This document shows, piece after piece, positions 12,716 to 25,713 of a stretch of 64,000 bases of DNA. Made by a program: the position numbers and the translations under genes. Under the pieces are notes generated by a model that searched no databases, had not been told where the DNA came from, and saw only the letters and a list, made by a program, of their open reading frames with translations. This DNA is from Amphiscolops sp. MND2022. Taxonomy: Eukaryota. Location: contig OZ076415.1 in the NCBI GenBank assembly GCA_964187785.1, positions 22,692,001-22,756,000 on the forward strand, in the 5' to 3' direction. Numbering within the stretch: the stretch's first letter is position 1; each line of letters begins with the position of its first letter.

Positions 12716-15700
12716 CTAGATAAGATTGAATACTGACTCTAGCCATGAGATGTCGTTTTCATCCTCTTCGCGACAGTCGGCGGGGTCATCGTGTAGCGAA
12801 GGGGGCAGTCTGTCATTGGGGTAGTCCTCGTGAGGCATGAACCTGATAGAGTCAGCTATTCTACGCTCCAGGAACTTGTCGAACTTCAATTGTCTAAAAC
12901 GCACAATCGCACTTACATTGGGAACGGCACGAAATATCTTCTAATTGGTTTAAACTATATATTTTTCGTGTACTAAAAAAACGCCCAAAGCGTAATAACA
13001 TCAAAAGAAAATTACGATAACGTAGTTGACATCAATTTCCAATTTTCACAGGTGCCCTAAATTCAGGAGCGAAGCGGCGTGTCATTACTAGTCGAGCGGC
13101 TGGTTTTGACGAAGGCAAACATGGATCATTATATCATAAAGGCTAGTCGTTGTTTTCCGTGAATTTTTTCCACTCCGAAGTGACAAAAATGGTTCGACAA
13201 ACTTAGACAGATAGTTGGCGCAGTGGTTAAAACGTTAGTTTTCTATACAAAACTTTCGGGGTTCGATTCCCGACAGCTCGATTGACCCGACATTTTATAA
13301 TTTTTGCTTGACCTTTTTTGAATTGCAAAGCTTCATCACACCCCTTTGGTTATCGTTAAGAGCTACTTTTCTGAAACGTTTCTCCGCACAAAAAGGTCGA
13401 AATATTTTTGATATTTTCAGTAACGAAAAAGCATTTTTTTTCGAGGCTTAGGGGTCCCAAATTAGATATTGGCAAAAAGCAGTTAATAGTTTCAAATGTG
13501 AAAGTTACCATTTTATCGGTACAACACAACTAGCTGATGACATTGACATTTTCAGCTGCGAGGGTTATCCGATTGACCCTTAAAGGAACCGAACACGCAA
13601 AGTTTGAAACTGAGTAAAAATTCTCGGGTTTCCAAGCGGACAATTTCATAGAAACATGAGAACATGCATTTCCTGATACTACCAAGAAATTTGAAGTATG
13701 TTGACCAAAATGCAGCAATTCATGATCAATCGATTAAAATATAAAATGATTGAATACTTCGATATTTAATTATTTGATTAATCTCTCGTGACTTACGATA
13801 ATGGCATTGGACTTTAAAGATGGCCGAAAGTACATCTGGACTTGCTACGCTGCAAGTCATTGCAAATCATTTGTTCTCCTCATACTATCATTCCCGAGAC
13901 ACCAAAATTCACTCTTAAGAGTTCCGAAGAACAAAATTATGAGTTCTGGACGACAAAGCAGACGGGAAATTTTCAAATCGATGTGATGAGTGAATTTTTC
14001 AACCATTTGACGAATTTCGCTGACTTGCTTGCTACGTTCCAAAACTGGTAAAAACCGTGGAATGTGATAAATGGGTGGTGACCATCTTGACAAACATCAA
14101 ATTGTAAATATTGAAGTAGGTTTTAGTACCTCAAAGTTAAAAAAATTTGTAAACGCAAGACAGTTTGAAGATACGTGTATGCTCATCTCAAATTAGATCA
14201 ATTATGACAAGAATTTTTTTAAAAGCTAAATAAAAAAGCTAGCTGAAAATTTGTATTAAACGGAGTTTTTGCCAAATTTTCTGAAAACTATTCAATCGAC
14301 CCCAACGTTTACCGAAGCCACTAATATCTTTTGAATCCACTATTATTGTGACACCTCCGGGGCACATTACTATATATGCTTTAATCTTTCATTATTATTA
14401 CACTGCTTTGTTTTAAAACCAAGATGATTTTGTATTTTTAACAAAGGTATAATTCAGTGTTTTTTTAAATAATAGAATCATATCTGGAATACCAATACAG
14501 TGTTTAATCATTATTTAGCGCACAATTATTCACTGTACAAGTTTACACCGCAATTAACTCTTCTCGGACTAAAGAAAATATAACTACTAAGCGTAGACGA
14601 AGTTTCGCATTCGCATTGGAATGCAGGCGAAACTCTCCGGGAACGAATAATTAACACTTATTCGCTTCATCTCAATGACGTCAGCGTACGAATGCATAAT
14701 TACCACTCGCTCGTTCCATCGCACGAGTATTGAAATGTCTTTGGCAGCTTGAGAAATTTAATTCTCACGCTTACAGTCACTGCCGAACAAATATCTGAAT
14801 TATTGAGTATCGTGCGAATAATTGTACTAAAAAAAGTAGACATCTTGAGATTTAAATAATATTCCTGCTATCGCAGAAATAATAATAAGCTCTATAAAAA
14901 GTTTTTGGAATACAACAAAACAAGTTCATACTAAATACAGTTTGCGCTTTCTGCAAAAAATCTCATTGGCTAATTAAGGTCTCACGTCCTCATTTCATTG
15001 GTCGAGAGCTATATTCAAAACATCATTTTTCGAAATATTGACCCACTCACTTTTTTGATTCCACAGAAATTTCGACAAAAACATTTCGATAATGAGAAAA
15101 AGACTTCTCGGAAATATTCTAGTGTATTAGTATGAGCTTGATTTTACAGCGTACTTTTTCAAGAATTTAGAATGATTTCTGAATCAAAACATCAGGGGAT
15201 TCGGTAAATTCAGATGGTCGATTAAATATCAAATTTCTCAAAATTTTTGAGCAAAAGCAGTCCAAAAACTTCAATTTGAACTGAAATATGGCTTAAAATG
15301 GCCTAGCGTAACTTTTACAATTTTCATCGCATAATTTCCAAAGAAACATCTGTAGACTAGATAAAACTCTTACCATTTTTCAAAAATCACTTTTTGAGTT
15401 TTCCTTTATGCTTGCTTCTTCAAGAATCACTACTGGATATTCATGCATCTACACTCTATATAGATATGGATTTCTTTTTAGTGCGAAACGCCCATTTAAT
15501 TTCTAGCATCAACGGGATGAAAAACGAACGAATTAAGCTTTTGGTGCCTTTTCAAAACAAGATGCCGGGTAGATGTCTCTGCTTTACATTGCTTCGAAGT
15601 AGAGAGTAAATTGCCAATCGAAATCTTCATTTTATTATACTGCAAAACGGACGAGATTATTCCGTAATTTGATACACTTGTAAACTAGTTCTATCAAAAC

Positions 15701-18700
15701 GGTAATAACACATAACAACCATTAATAACCAGGATGTGAGAAGTATCATTTTTAAAAATACTGTCACTGACAAAGTTTTCATACACGAACATGTCCAGTC
15801 ACGAAGAATTATACAAGAACAGAAACTGAAGTTTCGGAACTAAGTTAATGAAGTACTTTCAAATTCACTATATATTTTCACTCCATAGATCTGTTTCACA
15901 TTATTGGGCTAGATATTCAGTGTTTGCGTACACGTCGTGTATTTCAAATCAATTGTGTACAGTTGCATATATAATTGAATCTGCCGGGAACTGTTTCATG
16001 CTGCTTCCATGCATGCCAGGCTATTTTTAGTCGGCGCTTTTCTAGTGAAAAGAGCCAGACTATTACAGTGGCTAGTTTCTCTTTTTTCGGCAGACCACAG
16101 ACCTCATCGTGTATATACCACTTTTTAGTACCTACTTTACTCGATTTACGGTGAACCCAGCGGTAACGGGTTCGAGTCCTTGCTTTAGCCAGAAACTTCT
16201 TCGAGCATTTGCGAAAGCGGACGACAGTAAAGGATCTCGTTCAATTTTTTTCGGCACTGTGCGACTTTTTTCGAATTTTTTTTTGCCTTCAAAGGGTCCC
16301 ATCTTCAAGTTCTTTTGATATTTTGCTGCAATCTAAAGTGCCAAAAAGCCCAAAGGGTCTCCCCTTTCATGTATTTCGGCACTATGAGACTGTTCAAAAT
16401 TTTCGTTTTTTTTTCGTAAATTTTAAAAAAAAATTTCGAAATTTTTTTGTCACCAAAGGGTCCCCCTTCAATTTATTTGATATTTTGCAACAAATTGGAT
16501 TCTCAAAAAGCCCAAAGGATCCCCCTTTTCACAGGTTTAAAAACTGCGCTTTTTGAGCCATAGATTTAGCGCCGACTTTAGACGTAACCGTCTTGTTTAA
16601 AACAAAACATAGTGCATGGAAGTTTCCTTGAGAGTTCTATAAAATTATGATAAATTAGCTTGGCAACCTACAAAAAAGTTCCAGCAGTTCCAACCAGGGG
16701 ATGTATAATCGTATCTCATATGATGCTAATCATATGATACCAGTTTTTTGGAGTTTTCAGTAAGGGAAAAGCTTTTCTCTGAAGTGTCCACTTTTGAATA
16801 TTTTTCGAAACTGAGATTTCTTGCATATTTTGAGCTTTAAGCCGAACGCCAACTTTAGACGTTCTCGTCGTCTTCCACATAAATTTATTTTGAAGTGCAA
16901 AAATTTATTGATAACATGTCAAAGTGAAATGTCCAAAGTCGGCGCCATATCCAAGGCTCAAAAATAGCAAAAAGACTTCCAAGTGTCAAGTATTCTATTT
17001 TACAGTACTCGAAAATCGAAAATTTTTAGAAAAAAAATGGACCGAGTGGCGCTAAAGTCTCACAATACCGAAAAACTGAAAGGGGGGACCCTTTGAGGTT
17101 TTTCAACATCCATTCTGTCGCAAAACAGTACAAAAATTGAAGGGGGGTTCCTTTGGGGAAAAAAATTTCCGGAAAAAGTCTCGCAGTGCCGAAAAAAATT
17201 GGAAGGGGGACCCTTTGGTCTCCCCGGGTATGGTATGGTACGCGGGAAAACAGGAAAAACCTTTTTGGTTCAGTTCGCTAGACCAAATAGTGCAATTTGG
17301 TGCAATAATATTTTGTAGAACTTTTAATTATTTTGGTCAGTTCGTGTGGATTGAAAAAAAAGAAAAGCCACTATAATAGAAGCGCCGACTAAAAAGGAAA
17401 ATAGCTTGTTACTAACCTTGGAATTTCTTTGGAGACCAAATGTCGAACAATCCAGATCTGAAACATCGATTGCCTTGACAGCCATACTGCTTACTTGAAA
17501 ATATATTTGATTTCACACCAATAATCGTACGAAAAACTACCATCGGACTTGTTAAACGCTATTATTCTCAAATCTCACAGGAGAGCCGAAGCCGAAATCT
17601 CACAACAAATACAAAGTTTGAAACTAAAAATTACAAAGGAATTCACACGAAATGCATTTTGCTTCAAAAAACCTGAATTTTGCTTTCGATGCAAACTTGG
17701 CCACGAGATAAATAAAATATTTTTGAAGTATTCTGCTAAAAGTAGTCCAAAGCATTCATTTTAAAATGCTACAGCATCACACAAGGTAGAAAAGAGTGAC
17801 ATTCTTATTGTATCAAAAAATTTCCATCAACTAACGTGTTTAACGCACCAACAAGTGATTGCTAGCATTCTTCCATTCATCTTCGGCGGATTCTGAAACA
17901 AAATTTAGGTCAGACAGGAAGTTACCTACAAGGAACAGGAAATCAAAAACATAGGGCTCAAGACTGGGCCAGTTCAATCAATTCAATAGTAGCTCTGCTT
18001 TCGTGGCTTCGAAGTTCTCTTCCCTAATAATTCTATTTCCCTAAGCCACCAAAGAAAGACTGTACAATGATTGAAGATCAACACCGCTGACATGTGAAAA
18101 GTTTATCCAACAAAACCATAGTGGACTCGCGAATATAAATGTTCATGAATTCAACGCACAATATTTTTCACTCAGCACATAACCTCTCGATATAGACACA
18201 AGTTCTTCTGTTTATCAATTCTTAAATTGTAAACAGTTAGATGGTTAATTTTTCTGACACATTTTGAAGGCCAATTGAATTCTTCGTAGGTTGGAAATAA
18301 ATCGAATGGGTTTCGCCAATTACGATGATAGAACTATCGTCAGTAACTTGACTTTTCCATTTCATCGTTGGTGAAGGTCAAAACACACTTCTTACTTGAA
18401 CGCCAAAGCCAATCTGTATTTTTGGTACCCTTTCAGTTCAATGAAAGCAACTTTCCAAAACGATTCAATTATTCGACACATTTCGCCAGAAATGTATTCC
18501 AACGGTTTACACAGCAGACTGGCAACCCACACTTCTCAAAAGTCTTTTCGAGATCAATATTGAGAGACATGGAATCTTTGGCATTTTCCAGTGTCTCACA
18601 GTCTACGAAGTGAGCGAGCGATTCCTTTTACTCTAAATCCTTCCTGCTCATCACCAAAAATGCTTTTCTGACAAAAGGTAGATCAATATTGATCCTATTG

Positions 18701-19399
18701 GCGAGTATTCGCTAAGGAGTTTCCCCTAAGTGACTGATTAGTGAAAGTGGTCGATACGAGGAAGTCATCATGTCGACTTTTATACTGCTTCCAGATTCAG
18801 TCCATGGCCATTCTTGGTGTTCCCATCCGAAATTGGAAATGTTTAGCAGACTTGAGAACGCCCTCATGTCTAACTTCCTTATCATCGTCAGATGCAGTCT
18901 ATCTACATCACAGGATTTAATATTGATTATTATTGAAAAAGCTATCGCTTTTTTTCCATGGATAGAGGTTCACAGGTTTCGTTGAACTTCTACGTCTGCG
19001 TTACAGCGATGCACTCTTATTTTTATTTTTTTCTCCACTATCAGATATCAAGGATCTTCGTCATCAATCAAAGGCCATGTGTATCATCATGTTGGGGGGA
19101 GAAGACACTAACATTGCACTCTTATTGAGTATTTTCTTGCAACGTTTCTTCGCTATCTAGAGTTTTGTCAGTTTTCAAAATTCGATTCATATTTTTCCGC
19201 AGGTTCCGATGTTGAAAGTACTCACTATTTTGTGGATAGTCGAAATGTTTCGTTCATCAGAACTCTCCACCATTGGAATCTCAGGAAACAATTTTTGCCT
19301 CTTCATTTTGACCAGAAATATGTAAATCAGAGGCAAAACTATAACTAAAACTGTGACCACTGTGGCACGGCAGTAGGATTCGTCGACGCTAGTTGCCAT
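12716..19399 (-). CDS. Probable cytochrome P450-like gene, partial model (exons 19399-19226, 17892-17836, 17457-17417, ~14044-13913, 12893-12734/12716)
   Basis: Exon 1 encodes an acidic N-terminus, a TM anchor, KMKRQK and FPEIP (P450-type signal-anchor and proline hinge) and ends at a GTGAGT donor. Exons 2-3 join in phase (GRMLAITCWCVKHIWIVRHLVSKEI). Later exons resemble helices D-E (EIRQMVEKF..IDL..LIILFFG) and G-H (KFLERRIADS..PND). Middle joins and the heme motif were not found. Confidence 0.45.
13209..13280 (+). pseudogene. tRNA-like pseudogene or SINE head
   Basis: A-box TGGCGCAGTGG and B-box GGTTCGATTCC are present, but the acceptor stem does not pair and the T-stem has an extra G. Confidence 0.55.
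16024..16597 (-). mobile_element. HINE/DINE-like element copy
   Basis: tttttagtcggcgcttttctagtgaaaagagccagac hairpin end and gcgccgactttagacgtaaccgtcttgttt end; contains the family core cggcactgtgcgacttttt. Confidence 0.65.
16935..17395 (+). mobile_element. HINE/DINE-like element copy
   Basis: aaagtcggcgccatatccaaggctcaaaa ... agcgccgactaaaaa. Confidence 0.65.
17950..18930 (-). mobile_element. Decayed LINE reverse-transcriptase fragment in intron 1 of the P450-like gene
   Basis: Minus-strand translation gives WEHQEWPW, SSYRPLSLISHLG, EQEGFR and LNIDLEK across stops and frameshifts. These match ORF2 at 22503-25136 (WEHAVWPW, SSYRPLSISSHFG, KQEGFR, LNIDLEKAFD). Confidence 0.8.
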
Positions 19400-19655
19400 G
19401 ACAACCTAAAGCATATCAAGATCTCTAGTTTGAGCTAGTTTAAGAGCTTGCATACTGCAACAATGTGGCAAAAACGGAAAAACTAGCAGACACCGTAACA
19501 ATACCTGCAAAGATTTCTCCTGTTTTGCTGAATTTCAACCCGAGAAACATCGACCTAGATTCAAAGAATTCGAAGACACGGAAAAGAAAAAATTCGCCAT
19601 CCACTTCACTAAGTGGGATCGCTAATATCGAACCCGACTAGCCCACGATTTCTGT

Positions 19656-20060
19656 ACACCCGTGGTCTGCAACGAAAGGAAGAAACCCCATACCAGACAC
19701 TATCCCAGTCGACCGGTAGAATTAGGTTTCAAGGAAAAAAGCTGCAAAGAAACACATGTTTAAAAACTAAATATGTGATAAATTTCATCAAACGCATCCC
19801 TTTCGCTCACAGTTTCTGGGAAACATGCCGCATTGCCAATCTGAAGAGCCATCGAGATCCGTTGCTTCAAAAAGCTGCCAAAGCGTGGAACAACAGTGCA
19901 ATTTACAGAGACACGTAATTGAATGGAAATTTCAATGCTTTCGCCTAAAAACCGTGTACTACGGCCACCGGTTGAAAAATGTATCCATTGTGTATCGATT
20001 GAATGCTACAAATCGATTGAAAGCTAGCCTAATTGTTGTGATAAACTTATTAAATAGAGA
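19656..20060 (+). mobile_element. Decayed copy of the 'acacccgtggtctgcaa' head plus ORF-X repeat
   Basis: Alignable to 30774-31180 (+) and 33855-33360 (-); shared strings include catgccgcattgccaat and gagatccgttgcttcaaaaagctgccaaa. Confidence 0.7.
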
Positions 20061-20225
20061 CTTTTGATTGAATTGATTGATCTTCATCACATCACTGGAA
20101 GCGTTGTGCAGGACCGATCAAGGCTTTCGGGGGATCTGTGGCTCTTCTGTTGGCTTTTCTCACCAATTGGGTGGACCTATCTAGACAATTCTGTTAGTTT
20201 GTTCCAATTTCCTTATGTGATTCCT

Positions 20226-20831
20226 ATGGTTTATATAGTTGGAGCTAGCTCATTACACGTAACAGTAGAATCAACTACTTACAAATTCAGAAAAACTATT
20301 CGGAACTTCATTACCGCAATACCAGGTCTCAGTTTCTGTCACAACTCGAGACTGAAAAATTTGCAGCATCTTCTATCTCAAGGAAAACTGAAATATCAAC
20401 ATAACCTGCTCCTCTGGCACGACCTGATAAATAATACTTTATCCCCACATTCAAGCAACAATCATAAACCCTGGACCCCTCAGCAACTAGTTACGGCATT
20501 AAAACAGCAAAGTCATCGAATAACTGCAGTCATTTACTGCAGAAGATTTGGGACTGCAGATATCTTTAACCAATTACTGGCTACTGATATCCTTATAATC
20601 CGGGCTGATAAACACCTTCTATCTCACAGAAAGAGGAACAATCATTGGATTAAAACGCAACTCGCAGAAGTGCATCCCTGCGTCCGCATTGAACTGAACT
20701 TGCTACACACGGTTTTACAGCGGAGCAAAAAGCTGCAGTCAATAGTTATTCAAAACCGCTCCAGAACCAGAAAACGTAAATCCAAGAAAAGATCCACTTC
20801 CGCGAGAAGGAGGAACAAAAAAGCGAATTAG
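20226..20831 (+). CDS. Intact 201-aa SGNH/GDSL esterase-like ORF (ORF0) upstream of LINE ORF1
   Basis: ATG at 20226. Motifs IVGASSL (block I Ser), PGLS, WHDLINN and EVHP resemble SGNH blocks I/II/III/V. The C-terminal tail is very basic and there are no stops. Confidence 0.6.
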   Translation: MVYIVGASSLHVTVESTTYKFRKTIRNFITAIPGLSFCHNSRLKNLQHLLSQGKLKYQHNLLLWHDLINNTLSPHSSNNHKPWTPQQLVTALKQQSHRITAVIYCRRFGTADIFNQLLATDILIIRADKHLLSHRKRNNHWIKTQLAEVHPCVRIELNLLHTVLQRSKKLQSIVIQNRSRTRKRKSKKRSTSARRRNKKAN

Positions 20832-20913
20832 GAATCTCTAACTGGGTAGCTATTTGAGCCTTTGTTGGTTTGGAGCGGCCCGGGGCGAGTAACCTGCTTG
20901 CTTTGAATCAAAA

Positions 20914-22104
20914 ATGACTGGCACACGCAGTAGAAATCAATCCACCTCGGACGAAAAATGTCCGCAGTGCAAAAGTAAGGTAGCTGAAAAATAAAAGAAA
21001 TCAATTCTTTGCAACGGTTGTTTGAATGGTGGCACGGGACATGTGGAGGAATAGAAGTGAAAGATTTGGCAATATTGGCGAAGTACTCGGCTGTGCACTG
21101 GTACTGTCCCAAATGTGAAAACGACACTTTGCAAAAACAAGGTATGACCATCATGAAGTCCTTAAAAACGTTAAATCAATGGTATAATAATGAAAGTGAA
21201 ATTCGCAAACAGGAAACTGATCTATTGATGTCAATTAAAACTGATATCGAAATCATCAAGGAAAAAAACCCCCTCAGGAAACACCTATGCAGAGAAGGCT
21301 AAAATCGCCCGAAAACCTTCGCCCTCTACGAGACAACAAATACGTCGAAACAAAGAGAAAGACTTGAGTACCATATTGATTGTCAGTGGCAATCAAAAGT
21401 ATCGAGATAGCATTGAAATTAAAAGGGCATTTTCAAAAATTTTTCCTATGAAAAAATTGATTGTAGCATTCAATACTGCTCGGGGAAACATTCACTTAGA
21501 ATTCTTGAACTCTCAAGAGGCTGACGAGGTGTTCTCCAACTGGAAAGCTGATTATCTTGGAACGAAAACCAGTATACGAAAAGCTAGCGCTAGAGGTGAG
21601 CAGAGAAACGCTGTCATTAAAGGTGTTCCGAAAGAGATAGAAAAGGTTCATATTACTGAAATTCTCCAGAAGAAGTATCCTGGGATCTATGTGAAAAGAT
21701 TCGTAAAAGCGAATGGAACAATTCTGCAGACAGTGAAACTGACCTTCCAGTCAGAGCTTCAATACAACAATGCACTATCTGAGGGACTCTTTTTGGATTC
21801 CATTTACTACCAGCCATATGCATTTGTTCAGAGAGGCATAAGAATCATTCGATATTACAACTGCCAAAAATTCGGTCACCTTAGCGGAAACTGCCACTCC
21901 AAAACAGCCTGTAAACATTGCAGTGAAGATCACAAAATTGAAGACTGTCCGAATAAAGAATTAGAATGCAAATGTATGAATTGCAAAGGGACTCACGATG
22001 CGGATTCACTTGTGTGCCCAACTTACATTAAACAAAAACAAGTGGTTTATGACGCTCGAGGGCTAACTGATGAAAATCATGCTGGATGGCATGATGGCTC
22101 CTGA
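20914..22104 (+). mobile_element. LINE ORF1: PHD finger, probable RRM region and three zinc knuckles (1 stop, 2 frameshifts)
   Basis: Reconstructed CPQC..CNGC..WWHGTC..WYCPKC; TYAEKAK; YNCQKFGHLSGNC, CKHCSEDHKIEDC, CMNCKGTHDADSLVC. Lesions are TAA at 20992, a -1 frameshift near 21015 and a +1 frameshift in the A-run near 21265. Confidence 0.85.
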
Positions 22105-25100
22105 AAGGAGAATATCATTCTTACAGATCAACATTTGCGGCTTGAGTAATCACAGTAAAATTGCAATTGATGCATATCTTGAAAAACATAAACCAGATGT
22201 GGTTTTCTTGAATGAAACCAAACAACAAATTGCTGATAATGCCTTTACCAATTATACAACTCTCAGTAGTACTCCAAAGAAATCGACAGGCGGTGTTGCG
22301 TTGCTGTTTCGTAACGATGTGGCGTATGCTCAAATAGAGGAATTAGAGACCAAAAACAATGACTATATTGTGGCTGCAGCTAATGTCCGCGGCCTAAAAT
22401 TACTAACTACGACTGCTTATGTAAAACCCGATGACAAAGGTGAACTACTAGAACTCATTTAAAAGACTTGAAGCCTGTAAAGTCTACGCAGATACAAATC
22501 ACATGGAAGGTGTCCTTTTCTTTGGCGACTGCAACGCCAGACACTTATACTGGGGTGATCAGAAGTGCAATGCACTTGGAAATGAGTTAATCAGCCTCGT
22601 ACCAACTTATACTATTTTGAACGATGGCCAACCTACTTTCCTCTCAATCAACGGTCAAAGTGTAATAGATCTTTGCATTTGCTATGGAAACTTCATTAAC
22701 CAATACAAATGCTCGCTTACAACTGATGAAGATACGGAACTATTCACTGGAGCACCCTCCAGGGACCACCTGCCTGTGCTAGTTTCTCTTGTCGAGTCGA
22801 AAAGTGGTTATTTCAAGGAGAAGCCGTGGATTGAGAAAGCAATGTGGGATGACTGGAGCGCACATCTAGAAACTGAAATGCTCGACTGGACAACTTCAGA
22901 TAATGCTCTGGAAATGTGGGAGTTTTTCAAGAACTCCTTAAGAGAGGTCACACTACTTTTCATTCCTTTCAAAAAAGGTACGCAACATAGTAAACCATTT
23001 TGGTGCACCAAGTTAACTATAGCCAGTAAAGAGCTCAGGCAGCTGCGTCGGAACTTCCGATACAAGTCCAATTATGCAAATTTAGAAAAACTAGCAGAAG
23101 CGAAAGAATTATTCAAACGACTACTCAGTGAAAAGGCGTCTGCCTGGATGAAAGACTACTTGAAGACACTGGGACACAAACGAGGCAAAGAATTTTGGGT
23201 ATCGTACGAGAAACTGTTCGCTGGAAGCAGTTCCCAAGTGGATCTCATCAAGAATAAACACGGGAAACTGCTGCTCTCAAAAAAAGATATCGCTCAAGAA
23301 TTCCAAGAGACCTTCTTCGAAGGAAAACATCTGGAAACTCTCAACTTCGACGAGTCAATGTCAAGGACAGTCTCAGGTTATCTGGACTCGTTTGATGATG
23401 CTTCCGAGCATGTTTCGGAAGTTTTTCATGAACCTTTCACAATGGAAGAACTAAACGAAGCAATGAAACAATCTTCTGATACAAACTCCTTCGACCCTGA
23501 CGGGTTCCACGTCAAAATGATCAAAAACTTGGGAGTCAATGCGAAAACTCTTCTGTTGGAGATTTTTAATACATGTTGGGAACATGCTGTATGGCCCTGG
23601 TCTTTATCACGAATTGTGTTTATCAGGAAGCCTAACAAAGACAGATATGACGACTGTTCCAGCTATCGACCGCTATCAATCTCTAGTCATTTTGGAAAGC
23701 TCTTTGAGCGTATGCTGTGCAATAGATTAAATTATTTCACGGGAACCGAGAACATTCTGGCGGACAAACAAGAAGGTTTCAGAAGTAAAAGAAACACAGT
23801 CAGATCTCTGTACAGGCTACATCTTAATCTGGAAAATTCTAAATTAATGAAAACACCGACCGCTCTACTCAACATTGACCTCGAAAAGGCCTTTGACGGC
23901 GTGTGGATAGATGGCCTACTTTACAAACTCAAACATTACAAAATGAACGGTAAAATGTTCTGCATTTTACGAACCTTTTTGAAGAACCGAGAAGCATTCA
24001 TTGAGTTATCTGACTTCCGTTCATCTATGTTCAAAATAGACATTGGTGTCCCTCAGGGCAGTGTCTTGTCACCACTTTTGTTTGTAATTTTCTTGAACGA
24101 TTTTCGGAGTGAGGAACCGTGTCACTACAAGTTCGCTGACGACAGTGCAAGTGCTATTTTAATTCAAGGCTGCAATGAAAATGATATCTCCCAAAAACTC
24201 GAACACTCTTGCAGGGGGATCGAACAGTGGTGCCGCAAATGGAGAATGGGAGTGAATGGCTCCAAGACAGAATTGATTGTTTTCAATGTGGAAAGAAACA
24301 ACATAACTGCGCCGAGCCTGAACAATGAAGCGTGCACTATCACAAAAGCTACAAAATCTCTCGGTCTCCTGATTGATGATAACCTGTGTTACAAAGACCA
24401 CGCCGAAAAATTCTGTAACAAAGCTAAACGCAGCTGGGATAACGCTTCTAGAATTTTGAGATGCAAATGGAGCTTGTCAATTCCAACGTTAATTTTCCTC
24501 TACACTACTATCATTGTACCGCAGCTCTTATATGCATCAGTAATATGGTTTGAAAGAAATAGAAGCTCAGTCATGAGAGTCCAGAATCATATCATCAAAT
24601 CAATCTTTCGACATAGTTTTACTCCTACTATTAGCATCTGCGAAACGCGGCTAGGACTACCCCCTCTGGACATTTACAATGATGCCATAGAAATCAAGTT
24701 TGTCATCAAAGCCAAAAGAGCCAATGACTTGGTGAGTAATACCCACTCTCTTTACATCTCCAACCGAAGTAAAGCTGCAGCATTAGAAAGTAAGTTAAGT
24801 AAATTCAAAAAGTTCCTTGATGACGATACTCGGACAGAATACAACAAGCACGAAATAGATGAATTCATAGAACAAAGTTGGATAAAGAGATGGAAGAACA
24901 CCCAAAACAAAGGCCTCTTGCAATATCTCCCTAACACGCAACCACAATTAAACACCTGTTGTCCTTTAACTATTGGAGATCCTTATGTTGTCAATAAAAA
25001 TTGCGAATTAGTAATTGGGAATTCCTTTGCTCTTGCCGAATATGCCTGGAACATGTGGAAGTGTGAATCGCCAATGTGCATATGTGGAAAGTCAGAAGAC

Positions 25101-25238
25101 AATCTCTATCACTATTTCTTCTCCTGTCCGCACTAGAACGAGATACGCCCAGACATACAGAGCCTAAATTTAATGGAAGCGACTGGTTGTCAAAAACTCC
25201 GAGATTTCATAATGAATACAAATAAACTGAACTTATAG
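22070..25238 (+). mobile_element. LINE ORF2: AP endonuclease, reverse transcriptase and C-terminal CCHC, no RNase H (I-group-like)
   Basis: APE motifs LQINICG, LNETK, GDCNARH, SVIDL; RT motifs YRPLS, DLEKAFD, GVPQGSVLSP, FADD; C-terminal CICG..H..C. There is a +1 frameshift near 22458 and a premature TAG at 25134; the reading continues to TAG at 25236-25238. The 3' end runs into the N gap. Confidence 0.95.
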
Positions 25239-25267
25239 ACTATTGACCTATCATTAACATCCTCCCG

Positions 25268-25467
25268 NNNNNNNNNNNNNNNNNNNNNNNNNNNNNNNNN
25301 NNNNNNNNNNNNNNNNNNNNNNNNNNNNNNNNNNNNNNNNNNNNNNNNNNNNNNNNNNNNNNNNNNNNNNNNNNNNNNNNNNNNNNNNNNNNNNNNNNNN
25401 NNNNNNNNNNNNNNNNNNNNNNNNNNNNNNNNNNNNNNNNNNNNNNNNNNNNNNNNNNNNNNNNNNN
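25268..25467. other. Assembly gap (200 N)
   Basis: Run of N. Confidence 1.
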
Positions 25468-25713
25468 ATGTATCGATTTGCAATACTTCTCAACTTTATT
25501 TTCTTCAGCCTCAGTGGTTCCTAGGTTGCATAAGGTGACTTGTTTCAGGAGGCTACGTGGCATCAGGTCAAATGAAATAGATCGAAGAGAGGGGGCAAAA
25601 TGAGATCTAAATAAATTGATCTGAATAATCAGGTCTAAAAATCTCTTCTAATTTGATCTAATTTGAGAAAAAAAATAAGTCAATTAGGATCTAAAACTAA
25701 AAAGTGATATAAA

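Noticed and set aside
13209-13280. Functional tRNA gene
   Set aside because: The acceptor stem is unpaired and the T-arm has an insertion.
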